DNA from: Balanoglossus misakiensis
Taxonomy: Eukaryota; Animalia; Hemichordata
DNA length: 64,000 nt
Assembly: GCA_040954595.2 (NCBI GenBank)
Contig: CM082588.2
Coordinates: 11,607,398 to 11,671,397 of the forward strand
Direction of reading: 5' to 3'
In this document: in pieces, positions 49,501-63,800 of the stretch
Position numbering within the stretch: the first letter of the stretch is position 1
Layout: each line of letters starts with the position of its first letter
Translations under genes and position numbers: made by a program
The notes under the pieces: model-generated
What the model was told of the DNA's origin: nothing
The model's input: the letters and a program-made list of their open reading frames with translations, nothing else
Database searches by the model: none

Positions 49501-52500
49501 AGCAGTGACACTGGCGGCATTCAACACGAAAATAACAATTTTAGCCACAATTTGGACAAAATGGCAAATTTTTGAAAATTACAAAAATACCTGTTTTCTA
49601 CATTTTCGGAAATCTGATGGAGTATAGAATGCTCTTCGTATATATATATCGATACAAATTCCACAAAAAACGGCCAATTTGGTTCACTGCAGACAAAATT
49701 GCGTTTTACCAAATTTTCCTTGAAAATGTCATTTTTAGAAAAAAAAAATAAAAAAACCTTTGTTCTTCGAATTTGGTGCCCTGATCATATATGACATGTT
49801 GATTATATGTTAAAACTTTAGACCACTCCAAAAATGCAGAGATATTGACGGAATTCAAGAAAAAATAGCCATTTTGGCCATATTTTGACAAAAATGGTAA
49901 ATTTTTAAAATATCATAAAAAATTAACTCTTTTCTTCATTTTCGGAAATATTATGGAGCATTAAGTGTCGTTCTCTTGTAAAAAGTGCTGCAAATTCCAG
50001 AAAAGGCGGTATAATTTGAATCACCCAAGACAAAATTACCATTTTCGACTTTTTTTCGAAAAATTGTCTTTTTTATAAAATAAATAAGAATAAATTCTTT
50101 TCTTAGTTTCAAACGGGTAGAGATACTTTCCACACGGGTTTTCTAACATTGAATTCCCATTCATCAACTCAGATTTCCTACAGCATAAGTCGGCTAAAAC
50201 CCTGACACTCTAGAGCAGAAACAGTTGCACACTGGTAACGTTGAACATGTCGATTTTTCTACGGCCTGGCTCTGCTAAATCTCCGTCACAATATGACAGA
50301 CACTAGCGTACGTTAGCAACGGTGATCAAGTCAGATTTTCTACGGCATGGCTTGGATAAAGCCCCGGCACTCTAGAGCAGAAACACGCGTACAGAGACCA
50401 CGTTAATCAAGTCTGATCTCCTACGGCTTGGCTCGACTAAAACCCTGGCACACTATGACAGACACTAGCGTTCGTTAGCAACGTTGATCAAGTCAGATTT
50501 CCTACGGCATGGCTTGGCTAAAGCCCTGGCACTCTAGAGCAGAAACACGCGTACAGAGACCACGTTGATCTACTCACATTTCCTTCGGCCTGGCACGGCT
50601 GATGCCCCGGCACTATATATAGGACACAGACTGGCGTAAGTTAACAACGGTAATCACGTCGGGTTTCCTACGGCCTGAATCAGCTGAAGCCCCGGCACTC
50701 TAGAGCAGAAACAGGCGTACATTGACCACGTTGATCAAGTCAGATTTCCTACGGCGTGACTCGGCTGGTGCACCGGCTCTATATGACACAGACTGGCGTA
50801 AGTTATCAACGGTGATTACGTCGGATTTCCTACGGCCTGGTGTACCTGAAGCCCCGGTACTTTAGAGCGGAAACACGCGTACATTGACCACGATGATCAA
50901 GACAGATCTCCTACGGCCTGGCTCGACTAAAACCCCGGCACACCATGATAGACACTAGCGTTCGTTAGCAACGGTGATCAAGTCGGATTTCCTTCGGCCT
51001 GGCTCTGCAAAAGACCCGACACTCTAGTACAAAGACGTTGGCTAAGTCGGGCAAACCGAAGAGGGAAAGTCACAGCGGTTTAACACTTGACATTTGTTCG
51101 GGTAGGACTGCATTATTGCCTGTCAATTTATAGAGAAAGCCCGAATTTAACCAGGGCGTTTCAAACACCAACGTTAGTTGGGGGCACGGCCTGCAGTACT
51201 GCCGGGTAAGCTGACATCGGCGTACCGCATATAATGTAGGGGGGGGGGACAGAACGGTTCAATACTACATTTATTAGATATCAGCTAATTTTGGACAATC
51301 ATCTAAAATCTAAATCATTTTTTTTATATTTGGATATCTGATGATGTATGAAATTTCCATTACATGTAAAAATGGTGCTGATTATAAAAAATGCATTCTG
51401 ATTTAATACAAAATTGCGTTTTATTCGTTTTTGCACCAAAAAGGTCATTTTTAGGCAAAACATTCTTTATTTTTTTAATTCGGTGACCTGATCATATATA
51501 AACAATTGCTTGTATGTTAAAAGTTTTTATGACTTTTAAAAGCAGTGACACTGGCGGCATTCAACATGAAAATAACAATTTTAGCCACAATTTGGTCAAA
51601 ATGGTAAATTTTTGAAAATTACAAAACAATACCTGTTTTCTACATTTTCGGAAATCTGATGGAGTATAGAATGCTCTTCGTATGTATATATCGATACAAA
51701 TTCCAAAAAAAAAGACCGTCTAATTTGGCTCACTGCAGACAAAATTGCGTTTTACCAAATTTTCCTTGAAAATGTCATTTTTAGAAGAAAAAAAAAATAA
51801 AAAAACCTTTGTTCTTCGAATTTGGTGCCCTGATCATATATGACATGTTGATTGTATGTTAAAACTTTCGACCACTCCAAAAATGCAGATATATTGACGG
51901 AATTCAAGAAAAAATAGCCATTTTGGCCATATTTTGACTAAAATGGTAAATTTATAAAAAATCATAAAAAAATAACTCTTTTCTTCATTTTCCGAAATAT
52001 TATGGAGCATGAAGTGTCGTTCTCTTGTAAGAAGTTCAGCAAATTCCAGAAAAGGCGGTATAATTTGAATCACCCAAGACAAAATTACCATTTTCGACTT
52101 TTTTTCGAAAAATTGTCTTTTTTACAAAATAAATAAGAATAAATTCTTTTCTTAGTTTCAAACGGGTAGAGATACTTTCCACAAGGGTTTTCTAACATTG
52201 AATTCCCGTTCATCAACTCAGATTTCCTACAGCATAAGTCGGCTAAAACCCTGACACTCTAGAGCAGAAACAGTTGCACACTGGTAACGTTGAACAAGTC
52301 GATTTTTCTATGGCCTGGCTCGGCTAAATCTCCGTCACAATATGACAGACACTAGCGTACGTTAGCAACGGTGATCAAGTCAGATTTTCTACGGCATGGC
52401 TTGGATAAAGCCCCGGCACTCTAGAGCAGAAACACGCGTACAGAGACCACGTTGATCAAGTCTGATCTCCTACGGCTTGGCTCGACTAAAACCCCGGCAC

Positions 52501-55500
52501 ACTATGACAGACACTAGCGTTCGTTAGCAACGTTGATCAAGTCAGATTTCCTACGGCATGGCTTGGCTAAAGTCCTGGCACTCTAGAGCAGAAACACGCG
52601 TACACAGACCACGTTGATCTACTCACATTTCCTTCGGCCTGGCACGGCTGATGCCCCGGCACTATATATAGGACACAGACTGGCGTAAGTTAACAACGGT
52701 AATCACGTCGGGATTCCTACGGCCTGGCTCAGCTGAAGCCCCGGCGGTATAGAATGCTCTTCGCATGTATATATCGATACAAATTCCACAAAAGACCGTC
52801 TAATTTGGCTCACTGCAGACAAAATTGCGTTTTACCAAATTTTCCTTGAAAATGTCATTTTTAGAAAAAAAAATTAAAAAACCTTTGTTCTTCGAATTTG
52901 GTGCCCTGATCATACATGACATGTTGATCGTATGTTAAGACTTTCGACCACTCCAAAAATGCAGAGATATTGACGGAATTCAAGAAAAAATAGCCATTTT
53001 GGCCATATTTTGACAAAAATGGTAAATTTTTAAAAAATCATAAAAAATTAACTCTTTTCTTATTTTTTCGGAAATATTATGGAGCATGAAGTGTCGTTCT
53101 CTTGTAAAAAGTGCTGCAAATTCCAGAAAAGGCGGTATAATTTAAATCACCCAAGACAAAATTACCATTTTCGATTTGTTTTCGAAAAACTGTCTTTTTT
53201 ACAAAATAAATAAGAATAAATTCTTTTCTTAGTTTCAAACGGGTAGAGATACTTTCCACACGGGTTTTCTAACATTGAATTCCCGTTCATCAACTCAGAT
53301 TTCCTACAGCATAAGTCGGCTAAAACCCTGACACTCTAGAGCAGAAACAGTTGCACACTGGTAACGTTGAACAAGTCGATTTTTCTACGGCCTGGCTCCG
53401 CTAAATGTCCGTCACTATATGACAGACACTAGCGTACGTTAGCAACGGTGATCAAGTCAGATTTTCTACGGCATGGCTTGGATAAAGCCCCGGCACTCTA
53501 GAGCAGAAACACGCGTACAGAGACCACGTTGATCTACTCACATTTCCTTCGGCCTGGCACGGCTGATGCCCCGCACTATATATAGGACACAGACTGGCGT
53601 AAGTTAACAACGGTAATCACGTCGGGTTTCCTACGGCCTGGCTCAGCTGAAGCCCCGGCACTCTAGAGCAGAAACAGGCGTACATTGACCACGTTGATCA
53701 AGTCAGATTTCCTACGGCGTGACTCGGCTTGTGCACCGGCTCTATATGACACAGACTGGCGTAAGTTATCACTGGTGATTACGTCGGATTTCCTACGGTC
53801 TGGTTTAGCTGAAGCCCCGGCACTTTAGAGCGGAAACACGCGTACATTGACCACGATGATCAAGTCAGATCTCCTACGGCCTGGCTCGACTAAAACCCCG
53901 GCACACCATGACAGACACTAGCGTTCGTTAGCAACGGCGATCAAGTCGGATTTCCTTCGGCCTGGCTCTGCAAAAGAACTGGCACTCTAGTACAAAGACG
54001 TTGGCTAAGTCGGGCAAACCGAAGAGGGTAAGTCACAGCGGGTCAACACTCGACATTTGTTCGGGTAGGACTGCATTATTGCCTGTCAATTTATAGAGAA
54101 AGCCCGAATTTAACCAGGGCGTTCCAAACACCGACGTTAGTTGGGGGCACGGCCTGCAGTACTGCCGGGTAAGCTGACATCGGCGTACCGCATATAATGT
54201 AGGGGGGGGGGGGGGTGGGGCAAACAGAACGGTTCAATACTACATTTATTAGATATCAGCTAATTTTGGACAATCATCTAAAATCTAAATCATTTTTTCA
54301 TATTTGGATATCTAATGATGTATGAAATTTCAATTATATGTAAAAAATGGTGCTGATTATAAAAAATGCACTCTGAATGAGCTGATTTAATACAAAATTA
54401 CGTTTTATTCGTTTTTGCACCTAAAAGGTCATTTTTAGGCAAAACATTCTTTTTTTTTTAATTCGGTGACCTGATCATATATAAAGAATTGCTTGTATGT
54501 TAAAAGTTTTTATGACTTTTAAAAGCAGTGACACTGGCGGCATTCAACACGAAAATAACAATTTTAGCCACAATTTGGTCAAAACGGTAAATTTTTGAAA
54601 ATTACAAAAAATACCTGTTTTCTACATTTTCGGAAATCTTATGGAGTATAGATTGCTCTTCGTATGTATATATCGATACAAATTCCACAAAAGACCGTCT
54701 AATTTGGCTCACTGCAGACAAAATTGCGTTTTACCAAATTTTCCTTGAAAATGTCATTTTTAGAAGAAAAAAAAATAAATTAAACCTTTGTTCTTCGAAT
54801 TTGGTGCCCTGATCATATATGACATGTTGATTGTATGTTAAAACTTTAGACCACTCCAAAAATGCAGATATATTGACGGAATTCAAGAAAAAATAGCCAT
54901 TTTGGCCATATGTTGACAAAAATGGTAAATTTTTAAAAAATCATAAAAAAATAACTCTTTTCTTCATTTTCCGAAATATTATGGAGCATGAAGTGTCGTT
55001 CTCTTGTAAGAAGTTCAGCAAATTCCAGAAAAGGCGGTATAATTTGAATCACCCAAGACAAAATTACCATTTTCGACTTTTTTTCGAAAAATTGTCTTTT
55101 TTACAAAATAAATAAGAATAAATTCTTTTCTTAGTTTCAAACGGGTAGAGATACTTTTCACACGGGTTTTCTAACATTGAATTCCCGTGCATCAACTCAG
55201 ATTTCCTACAGCATAAGTCGGCTAAAACCCTGACACTCTAGAGCAGAAACAGTTGCACACTGGTAACGTTGGACAAGTCGATTTTTCTACGGCCTGGCTC
55301 GGCTAAATCTCCGTCACAATATTACAGACACTAGCGTACGTTAGCAACGGTGATCAAGTCAGATTTTCTACGGCATGGCTTGGATAAAGCCCCGGCACTC
55401 TAGAGCAGAAACACCCGTACAGAGACCACGTTGATCAAGTCTGATCTCCTACGGCTTGGCTCGACTAAAACCCCGGCACACTATGACAGACACTAGCGTT

Positions 55501-55829
55501 CGTTAGCAACGTTGATCAAGTCAGATTTCCTACGGCATGGCTTGGCTAAAGCCCTGGCACTCTAGAGCAGAAACACGCGTACAGAGACCACGTTGATCTA
55601 CTCACATTTCCTTCGGCCTGGCACGGCTCATGCCCCGGCACTATATATAGGACACAGACTGGCGTAAGTTAACAACGGTAATCACGTCGGGTTTACTACG
55701 GCCTGGCTCAGCTGAAGCCCCGGCATTCCAGAGCAGAAACAGGCGTACCTTGACCAGGTTGATCAAGTCAGATTTCCTACGGCGTGACTCGGCTGGTGCA
55801 CCGGCTCTATATGACACAGACTGGCGTAA
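43572..55829 (-). repeat. Macrosatellite array, ~6 inverted units, one with a ~1 kb deletion near 52746
   Basis: Inverted marker ctttccacacgggttttc near 44150, 46040, 48090, 50130, 52180, 53255, 55160. Confidence 0.95.
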
Positions 55830-55917
55830 TTTTTTTTTTTTTTTTTTTTTTTATCTTTTATTAAAAAAACTTTCAGTGTTACATTAACATATCAAAAAAA
55901 AGAAACCAACCGAAAAC

Positions 55918-58900
55918 TCACATCATAGATATAATAGCTTCAAAAATTCTTGCACTTTCTGAATTATTGCATATTTCCTTGTATACCTTGTATCTCAATA
56001 TGAATTCGTATTTTACTAGCACCATTAAAGGTGCTCTGGTTTCACTTAGCCAGTATTTATGTATACTCCATTTGCAAACTAAAATCAATAAATTTACAAT
56101 ATTTTCTTCAGATTTCGAAAGCATAACACTTCTAATGCAATTGAAAATTATATGAGCGCTTTGTAAAACAAAATCTTTACAAAAAAGTTGCCGAATTATG
56201 CGCTCGATTTTTGCCCAAAGTGATGTGGCTATAGTACAACGCACGTACTTGTGCTCAAGAGACTCTGGTATCTTACTAAGTTCACAATCCACACTGCTGA
56301 TCTTATTCCAATAAAACAAATACTTATTACATGGCAACAACCTGTGTAAAAGTTTCCATTGAAATTCCCGCAACTTTGTTTCCTTAGTTATTGCGTGTAT
56401 GTTCTTCCAGACCGTTTCACTTTCTTTTGTAGTCTGGTTTGGTACCTCCAGCAATGTGTACCATTTGTTAAGTTTATCCACTTTTGGACTCCTTTGTGGA
56501 ATGTTCGCATAAATGGCTTTACACGTAACGTTATTGATGGAAATCCAGTGTTTTCCATCCCAAATACCGTATTTACAATTTTTCAAGGATTTGTAGAAAA
56601 AGTTAAACTTGCTACACCATTTCAAAATTACATTTCTGTTTCCTTTGATGTTTTCACTTGCACTGTACCACGCATTTAAAACCTTGACGTAAAATTCAGG
56701 GATCGCAGACTCTAAAGCCTTTGGTAGTGATTCCCAGAAAATGTTGTGCTGAATAAGATTACATGACTGAAGGTCATCCATTTGTAAATAATGCCATGGT
56801 ATAGCAGACCAAGTGTTGCCTTTACACAAGACCAGTCTCTTGACCCATACTGCATAAAGAGGATCAACTTGCTTGTCTAAGTTGACACATCTGATGCCAC
56901 CTTTGTCATAATCACTCTGAAGTATTACATTGCTTATATTTCGTTTTCTTCTTATAAAACCATCAATTAGCTTTCGAACAACACACTTAATGCCTTCAGG
57001 TATTCCAATCACTGATGTCAAAAACAAAATCTGTGAAATTGCAAAAACCTTCGTAATCATCACTCTCCCATAAAACGTAAGCCTTCTCCTTTCCCACATT
57101 TGTAGCACCTTTTTCAGTTTATCAATCTTAGGCTCCGAGTTAAGTTTGTTACATTTCTCAGTGTCATAGCCAAAATACACACCAAGCGTTTTGATGGGCT
57201 CATTTGTCCATTCAACATTTCCCATTTTCTTTTCACTATTTCTGTTTTTTCCAACCCACATTGCCTTCGTTTTCTTGTTGCTCATTTTTAAACCACCACA
57301 CTGATGAAAATCATCCATAACTTTAAAAACATTTTCTAATGACCGACCATCCCTTGTAAAAATAGTGGTGTCGTCGGCAAATAATGAAATCTTCGCTGTA
57401 TTATTACCATATAAGGGGATCCCGTTGATCTCCCCGTGTTGTCTTATTTTACATGCAAGTACTTCGATCACAAGTAAAAACAATAAAGCCGAGAGGGAAC
57501 ATCCCTGTCGAACACCTCTATGTAATGAAAAGTATCCAGAGCACCATCCCTTATAAACAATACAACTAGAAATATTACTATATAAAACTTCAATCCAGCG
57601 TATAAAGCCTGGACCAAAATTCATCTTTTTAAGCACGCTATACAAAAATTTCCAATTTACACTGTCAAACGCTTTCTCATAATCTACAAAAAGGATCGCT
57701 CCTTCCAAACGCCGCTTTTTAGTGTAGTCTAGAACATCGGAGATCAGGCGAATGTTTTCTCCAATAAAACGGCCTTTCATATAGCCTGTCTGATCTCTAT
57801 GGATAATTGTAGGTAAAACACATTTGAGTCTGTTTGATAATGCCTTAGTGGCAATTTTGTAGTCAATGTTTAAAAGCGACACAGGCCTCCAATTATTCAA
57901 GTCATTTTCATCTCCCTTTTTATACAACAATGTAATAATACCTCTTTTTTGTGTAGCAGAAAGTTCCCCTGACGACCAGGCTTCATTGAGAGATGAAGTG
58001 ACAAATGTTTTTATTTCTGACCAAAAGAAAAGAAAAAATTCGACCGAAAGTCCATCACATCCCGGAGACTTGTTAGCTGCCATGGTCTTCAAAGCGAGCA
58101 AACATTCCCTTTCCGTTAAATTACCTTCGCACTGTTCACTTTGTAGAGCTGTTAGTCCTGGTAAACTGCTATTTTCCAAAAAATCGTCAATCGACTGATG
58201 GCAACATTTTCGCTGATAGATCGTCTCGTAGAATTCTCTTTGTTCCCGCAGAATCTCGTCCGTTTTTGTCACACACTTTCCACTTCTGGTCACCAGCTCC
58301 TTAATTTCCTTTTTTCCTGCATTTCGCTTTTCTAATGATAAAAATACTTGGTATTCCTTTCTCCCTTTTCCACCCACGCTGCACGCGATCTTATCTGCGC
58401 ACCTTCAGCGAGTATGTTGTAAATATTCTCAAGGCGTTGTTTGGTTTCACTGTATTTCCGTATATTTTCATCTGATGGATTCACCAGCATATTTCTTTCA
58501 TCCGCTTTTAGCTGTTGCTCAAGCTTCGGTATTTCCTTATTGTGATCTTTTGTTCCATACCTTGTAAATTCCAATGCATATTCTTTAATTTCTTTCTTCA
58601 TGATGTCCCATTTCATCCGATTATTTTCGAATGTCTTCTCACCACACTCTCTGATTACAGATTTGACTCCGTTGACAAAGCCTTCATTTTTTAAAAGCCT
58701 ATTGTTCAGTTTCCATGTACCAGGCCCTCTACAATCTGAAGCGGTCTGCAATTCCACGTAAACAGCCATATGATCTGTGTGTACAGCAGGACGAATATCC
58801 GATTTTTTGACATTCTTGACGAGGTGCTTTGAGATAAAAACATAATCTAGTCGGCTATGAGTCGGTGATGGGGCCAATCTTCGCCAAGTAAACTGCCGTT

Positions 58901-59474
58901 GCCCAGGGTGGAAATTCCTCCAAACATCAATAAGTTGAAACTGATTACAAAAACTACGTAAGACTCTTCTTGATCCATCATGTGATTGCCGTGATTTCAC
59001 ACTTGACGCTCTGTCCAAAGTGTCGTTGAGTGCACAATTGAAGTCGCCTGCTATAAAAAGATTTTCGTAATAGCAGTGCGTGTCAACCAGGCCAGCTAGA
59101 TCTTTCAAGAATTCCGTTCTTTGTTTCACGAGATTCGGGGCATAAACACTACAAATTGAAAGCTTAACACCTACAAGGCTACCGTTTATTATGCAAATTC
59201 TTCCGAAGTCGTCATTCCACACGGAATCAATGGTGAGGTCACATCTGCGCTCAATCAATATTGCCGTTCCTCTGCTATAATTGTCACCTTTCGAGAAGAA
59301 TACTTTCCCTCCCCATTCTTTCTCCCAAGTGTCAATGTCTGTTCCATTTCCATGCAACTCTTGTAAAATCGCGATACTCGTTTTTTGGAGTTTTAGCCAG
59401 CGATATATACAGTTCCTTTTCGTTTTGTCTTTGAAACCCCTGACATTCAGGGTAACTAACTTCAGCGCTGCCAT
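55918..59474 (-). pseudogene. Tx1 ORF2 with a single frameshift near 58340
   Basis: ORFs 58332-59474 (endonuclease) and 55918-58377 (RT) overlap at …ERNTKYF/FLSLEKRN…. Confidence 0.92.
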
Positions 59475-60646
59475 CAGTAGCCTTTGATTCTGACTTGCTG
59501 CTGCTGCTTTCGACTTCTTTTACGTTTTTTCTTATTTTCTTTGCTTTGGGTCAATGACAACAGTGGTGGCGATTCAGCAGACAATTCAGAGAAATTTTCT
59601 CTTGATGTGTCATAACGCCGGTCCTCGGCACCTTCAATATCCGTTACATCACCTTCACTGACACTAGTATCGTTTTGTCTATCGTCTCTGTTCTCTTTTA
59701 AGAACGCTAAAATTGAGCTTTGTGATTTAACGCTCGAGCTCGAGGGCTCAGGTGCTTTGTTTGCCAGACTTTGCGGTTTCTCAACACGGTCTTCGTCCCC
59801 CGTTTCACGCCTGGATGTTCCTTGTAACGGTGTGCTGTCACTTTCTAGTCTCGATACCGCATCGGCAGGATTCGTAGACCTTTTCTGCATTGTGTATTTG
59901 GTGGACTGAGACGTTAATTCTTCGTGTACCTGAGAAGTCATACAATTTCTTGCAATATGCCCCTCTCTTTTACAGAGTCTGCATTTGATTTGTCCAGTGC
60001 AATTGTACGCAGTATGTCCCTCCTCTAAGCATTTGCCGCATCGTGGCTGCGTCTCCGCTGTGGATTGCTTATAAATAATCTTCGCGTAAAATGCACCGAT
60101 CTTAACCTGAGCTGGTAATGGTGTCTTTGGTTTTTCGATGAACACAGTTCGATCCCCATTAAGAATGTTTGTCAACTTGCCTTCTAACCTCCATTTCTGT
60201 CTGGATATATCTGTTTTGAGCTTACAGCCCAAACCAGTAAGTGTAGCGGCGATAGCATCATCATCGTGTGACAATGGTAGATCTTTTATCGTTAATCTTA
60301 ACCAATCTTCATGAAACTCTCTTCGGAAGGGATTTCGCCCCCACAGCTCTATCGACTTCCCGCGTAGTGTGAGTCCATGTTGTAACAAAATTGTCCGGTC
60401 TGCTTCGTCATTCATATAAATACGCCACAGACCTCTTATCCGTTGCAACCCTTCCAAGCTGCCGATGGTGACAACTTCTGAAACGGCTGCTATAATTTCC
60501 TCACCTCTTAGCCATTGATTACTGTCCCTGGGAACTATGTCCGACTGCTTCAGAAAGACGGGTAGAACTCCTACTTCACCGTCTTTGTCTTGCAGGCGTT
60601 TGGTCGTCACCACCTGCGCATAACTGGCTTTGTCTCTGACGGCCAT
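59474..60646 (-). CDS. Tx1 ORF1 protein, intact, 390 aa, two CCHC zinc knuckles, basic C-terminus
   Basis: MAVRDKASYAQVV start (SYA motif typical of L1/Tx1 ORF1), CX2CX4HX4C twice, KKKRKRSRK. Confidence 0.9.
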   Translation of the reverse strand: MAVRDKASYAQVVTTKRLQDKDGEVGVLPVFLKQSDIVPRDSNQWLRGEEIIAAVSEVVTIGSLEGLQRIRGLWRIYMNDEADRTILLQHGLTLRGKSIELWGRNPFRREFHEDWLRLTIKDLPLSHDDDAIAATLTGLGCKLKTDISRQKWRLEGKLTNILNGDRTVFIEKPKTPLPAQVKIGAFYAKIIYKQSTAETQPRCGKCLEEGHTAYNCTGQIKCRLCKREGHIARNCMTSQVHEELTSQSTKYTMQKRSTNPADAVSRLESDSTPLQGTSRRETGDEDRVEKPQSLANKAPEPSSSSVKSQSSILAFLKENRDDRQNDTSVSEGDVTDIEGAEDRRYDTSRENFSELSAESPPLLSLTQSKENKKKRKRSRKQQQQVRIKGY

Positions 60647-60856
60647 GCTTGCTCGAGACCACGAAAACTAGCAAAATGTCTTTCTTCTGAGAATCAAAAT
60701 GCTTCTTTGCTCTCGAGTTAGCTGCAAGTATCTATCCAAAAGCATATACCTTCAGTTTCGCCACAAAATTCACCGATTTCACGTGAAAAAACGATGAAAA
60801 CTCTGAGCGTGCTAGAAATCTGCTTCCGTAGATGGCTGACTCTAGCGCCCTCCATC

Positions 60857-63800
60857 CAGACTGGCGTAAGTTATCAACGGTGATTACGTCGGATTTCCTA
60901 CGGCCTGGTTTAGCTGAAGCCCCGGCACTTTAGAGCGGAAACACGCGTACATTGACCACGATGATCAAGTCAGATCTCCTACGGCCTGGCTCGACTAAAA
61001 CCCCGGCACACCATGACAGACACTAGCGTTCGTTAGCAACGGTGATCAAGTCGGATTTCCTTCGGCCTGGCTCTGCAAAAGACCCGACACTCTAGTACAA
61101 AGACGTTGGCTAAGTCGGGCAAACCGAAGAGGGGAAGTCACAGCGGGTCAACACTCGACATTTGTTCGGGTAGGACTGCATTATTGCCTGTCAATTTATA
61201 GAGAAAGCCCGAATTTAACCAGGGCGTTTCAAACACCGACGTTAGTTGGGGGGGGGGGGGGCACGGCCTGCAGTACTGCCGGGTAAGCTGACATCGGCGT
61301 ACCGCATATAATGTAGGGGGGGGAACAGAACGGTTCAATACTACATTTATTAGATATCAGCTAATTTTGGACAATCATCTAAAATCTAAATCATTTTTTC
61401 ATATTTGGATATCTGATGATGTATGAAATTTCTATTATATGTAAAGATGGTGCTGATTATAAAAAATGCACTCTGAATGAGCTGATTTAATACAAAATTG
61501 CGTTTTATTCGTTTTTGCACCAAAAAGGTCATTTTTAGGCAAAACATTCTTTATTTTTTTTAATTCGGTGACCTGATCGTATACAAACAATTGCTTGTAT
61601 GTTAAAAGTTTTTATGACTTTTAAAAGCAGTGACACTGGCGGCATTCAACACGAAAATAACAATTTTAACCACAATTTGGTCAAAATGGTAAATTTTTGA
61701 AAATTACAAAAAATACCTGTTTTCTACATTTTCGGAAATCTGATGGAGTATAGAATCCTCTTCGTATATATATATCGATACAAATTCCACAAAAAACGGC
61801 CAATTTGGCTCACCGCAGACAATTTTTTTTTAATTCGGTGACCTGATCATATATAAACAATTGCTTGTATGTTAAAAGTTTTTATGACTTTTAAAAGCAG
61901 TGACACTGGCGGCATTCAACACGAAAATAACAATTTTAGCCACAATTTGGTCAAAATGGTAAATTTTTGAAAATTACAAAAAATACCTGTTTTCTACATT
62001 TTCGGAAATCTGATGGAGTATAGAATGCTCTTCGTATGTATATATCGATACAAATTCCACAAAATACAGTCTAATTTGGCTCACTGCAGACAAAATTGCG
62101 TTTTACCAAATTTTCCTTGAAAATGTCATTTTTAGAAAAAAATAAAAAACCTTTGTTCTTCGAATTTGGTGCCCTGATCATATATGACATGTTGATTGTA
62201 TGTTAAAACTTTCGACCTCTCCAAAAATGCAGAGATATTGACGGAATTCAAGAAAAAATAGCCATTTTGGCCATATTTTGACAAAAATGGTAATTTTTTA
62301 AAAAATCATAAAAAATTAACTCTTTTCTTCATTTTCGGAAATATTATGGAGCATGAAGTGTCGTTCTCTTGTAAAAAGTGCTGCAAATTCCAGAAAAGGT
62401 GGTATAATTTGAATCACCCAAGACAAAATTACCATTTTCGACTTTTTTTCGAAAAATTGTCTTTTTTACAAAATAAATAAGAATAAATTCTTTTCTTAGT
62501 TTCAAACGGGTAGAGACACTTTCCACACGGGTTTTCTAACACTGAATTCCCGTTCATCAACTCAGATTTCCTACAGCATAAGTCGGCTAAAACCCAGACA
62601 CTCTAGAGCAGAAACAGTTGCACACTGGTAACGTTGAACAAGTCGATTTTTCTAAGGCCTGGCTCGGCTAAATCTCCGTCACAATATGACAGACACTAGC
62701 GTACGTTAGCAACGGTGATCAAGTCAGATTTCCTACGGCCTGGTTGAGCTGAAGCCCCGGCACTTTAGAGCGGAAACACGCGTACATTGACCACGATGAT
62801 CAAGTCAGATCTCCTACGGCCTGGCTCGACTAAAACCCCGGCACACCATGACAGACACTAGCGTTCGTTAGCAACGTTGATCAAGTCAGATTTCCTACGG
62901 CATGGCTTGGCTAAAGCCCTGGCACTCTAGAGCAGAAACACGCGTACAGAGACCACGTTGATCTACTCACATTTCCTTCGGCCTGGCACGGCTGATGCCC
63001 CGTTACTATATATAGGACACAGACTGGCGTAAGTTAACAACGGTAATCACGTTGGGTTTCCTACGGCCTGGCTCAGCTGAAGCCCCGGCACTCTAGAGCA
63101 GAAACAGGCGTACATTGACCACGTTGATCAAGTCACATTTCCTACGGCGTGACTCGGCTGGTGCACCGGCTCTATATGAGACAGACTGGCGTAAGTTATC
63201 AACGGTGATTACGTCGGATTTCCTACGGCCTGGTTTAGCTGAAGCCCCGGCACTTTAGAGCGGAAACACGCGTACATTGACCACGATGATCAAGTCAGAT
63301 CTCCTACGGCCTGGCTCGACTAAAACCCCGGCACACCATGACAGACACTAGCGTTCGTTAGCAACGGTGATCAAGTCGGATTTCCTTCGGCCTGGCTCTG
63401 CAAAAGACCCGACACTCTAGTACAAAGACGTTGGCTAAGTCGGGCAAACCGAAGAGGGAAAGTCACAGCTGGTCAATACTCGACATTTGTTCGGGTAGGA
63501 CTGCATTATTGCCTGTCAATTTATTGAGAAAACCCGAATTAAACCCGGGCGTTTCAAACACCGACGTTAGTTGGGGGCACGGCCTGCAGTACTGCCGGGT
63601 AAGCTGACATCGGCGTACCGCATATAATGTAGGGGGGGGGGGGGAACAGAACGGTTCAATACTACATTTATTAGATATCAGCTAATTTTCGACAATCATC
63701 TAAAATCTAAATCATTTTTTCATATTTGGATATCTGATGATGTATGAAATTTCCATTATATGTAAAAATGGTGCTGATTATAAAAAATGCACTCTGAATG

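Larger units (their letters stand above)
55830..60856 (-). mobile_element. Full-length Tx1-clade element, copy 2 (inverted duplicate)
   Basis: TSD cagactggcgtaa at 55817-55829 and 60857-60869; poly(T) from 55830; same insertion site as copy 1. Confidence 0.95.

Noticed and set aside
55830-60856. Second Tx1 copy as an independent site-specific insertion
   Set aside because: Shares the ORF2 frameshift, the 5' end and flanking satellite variants with copy 1 and lies at the mirror position of the palindrome
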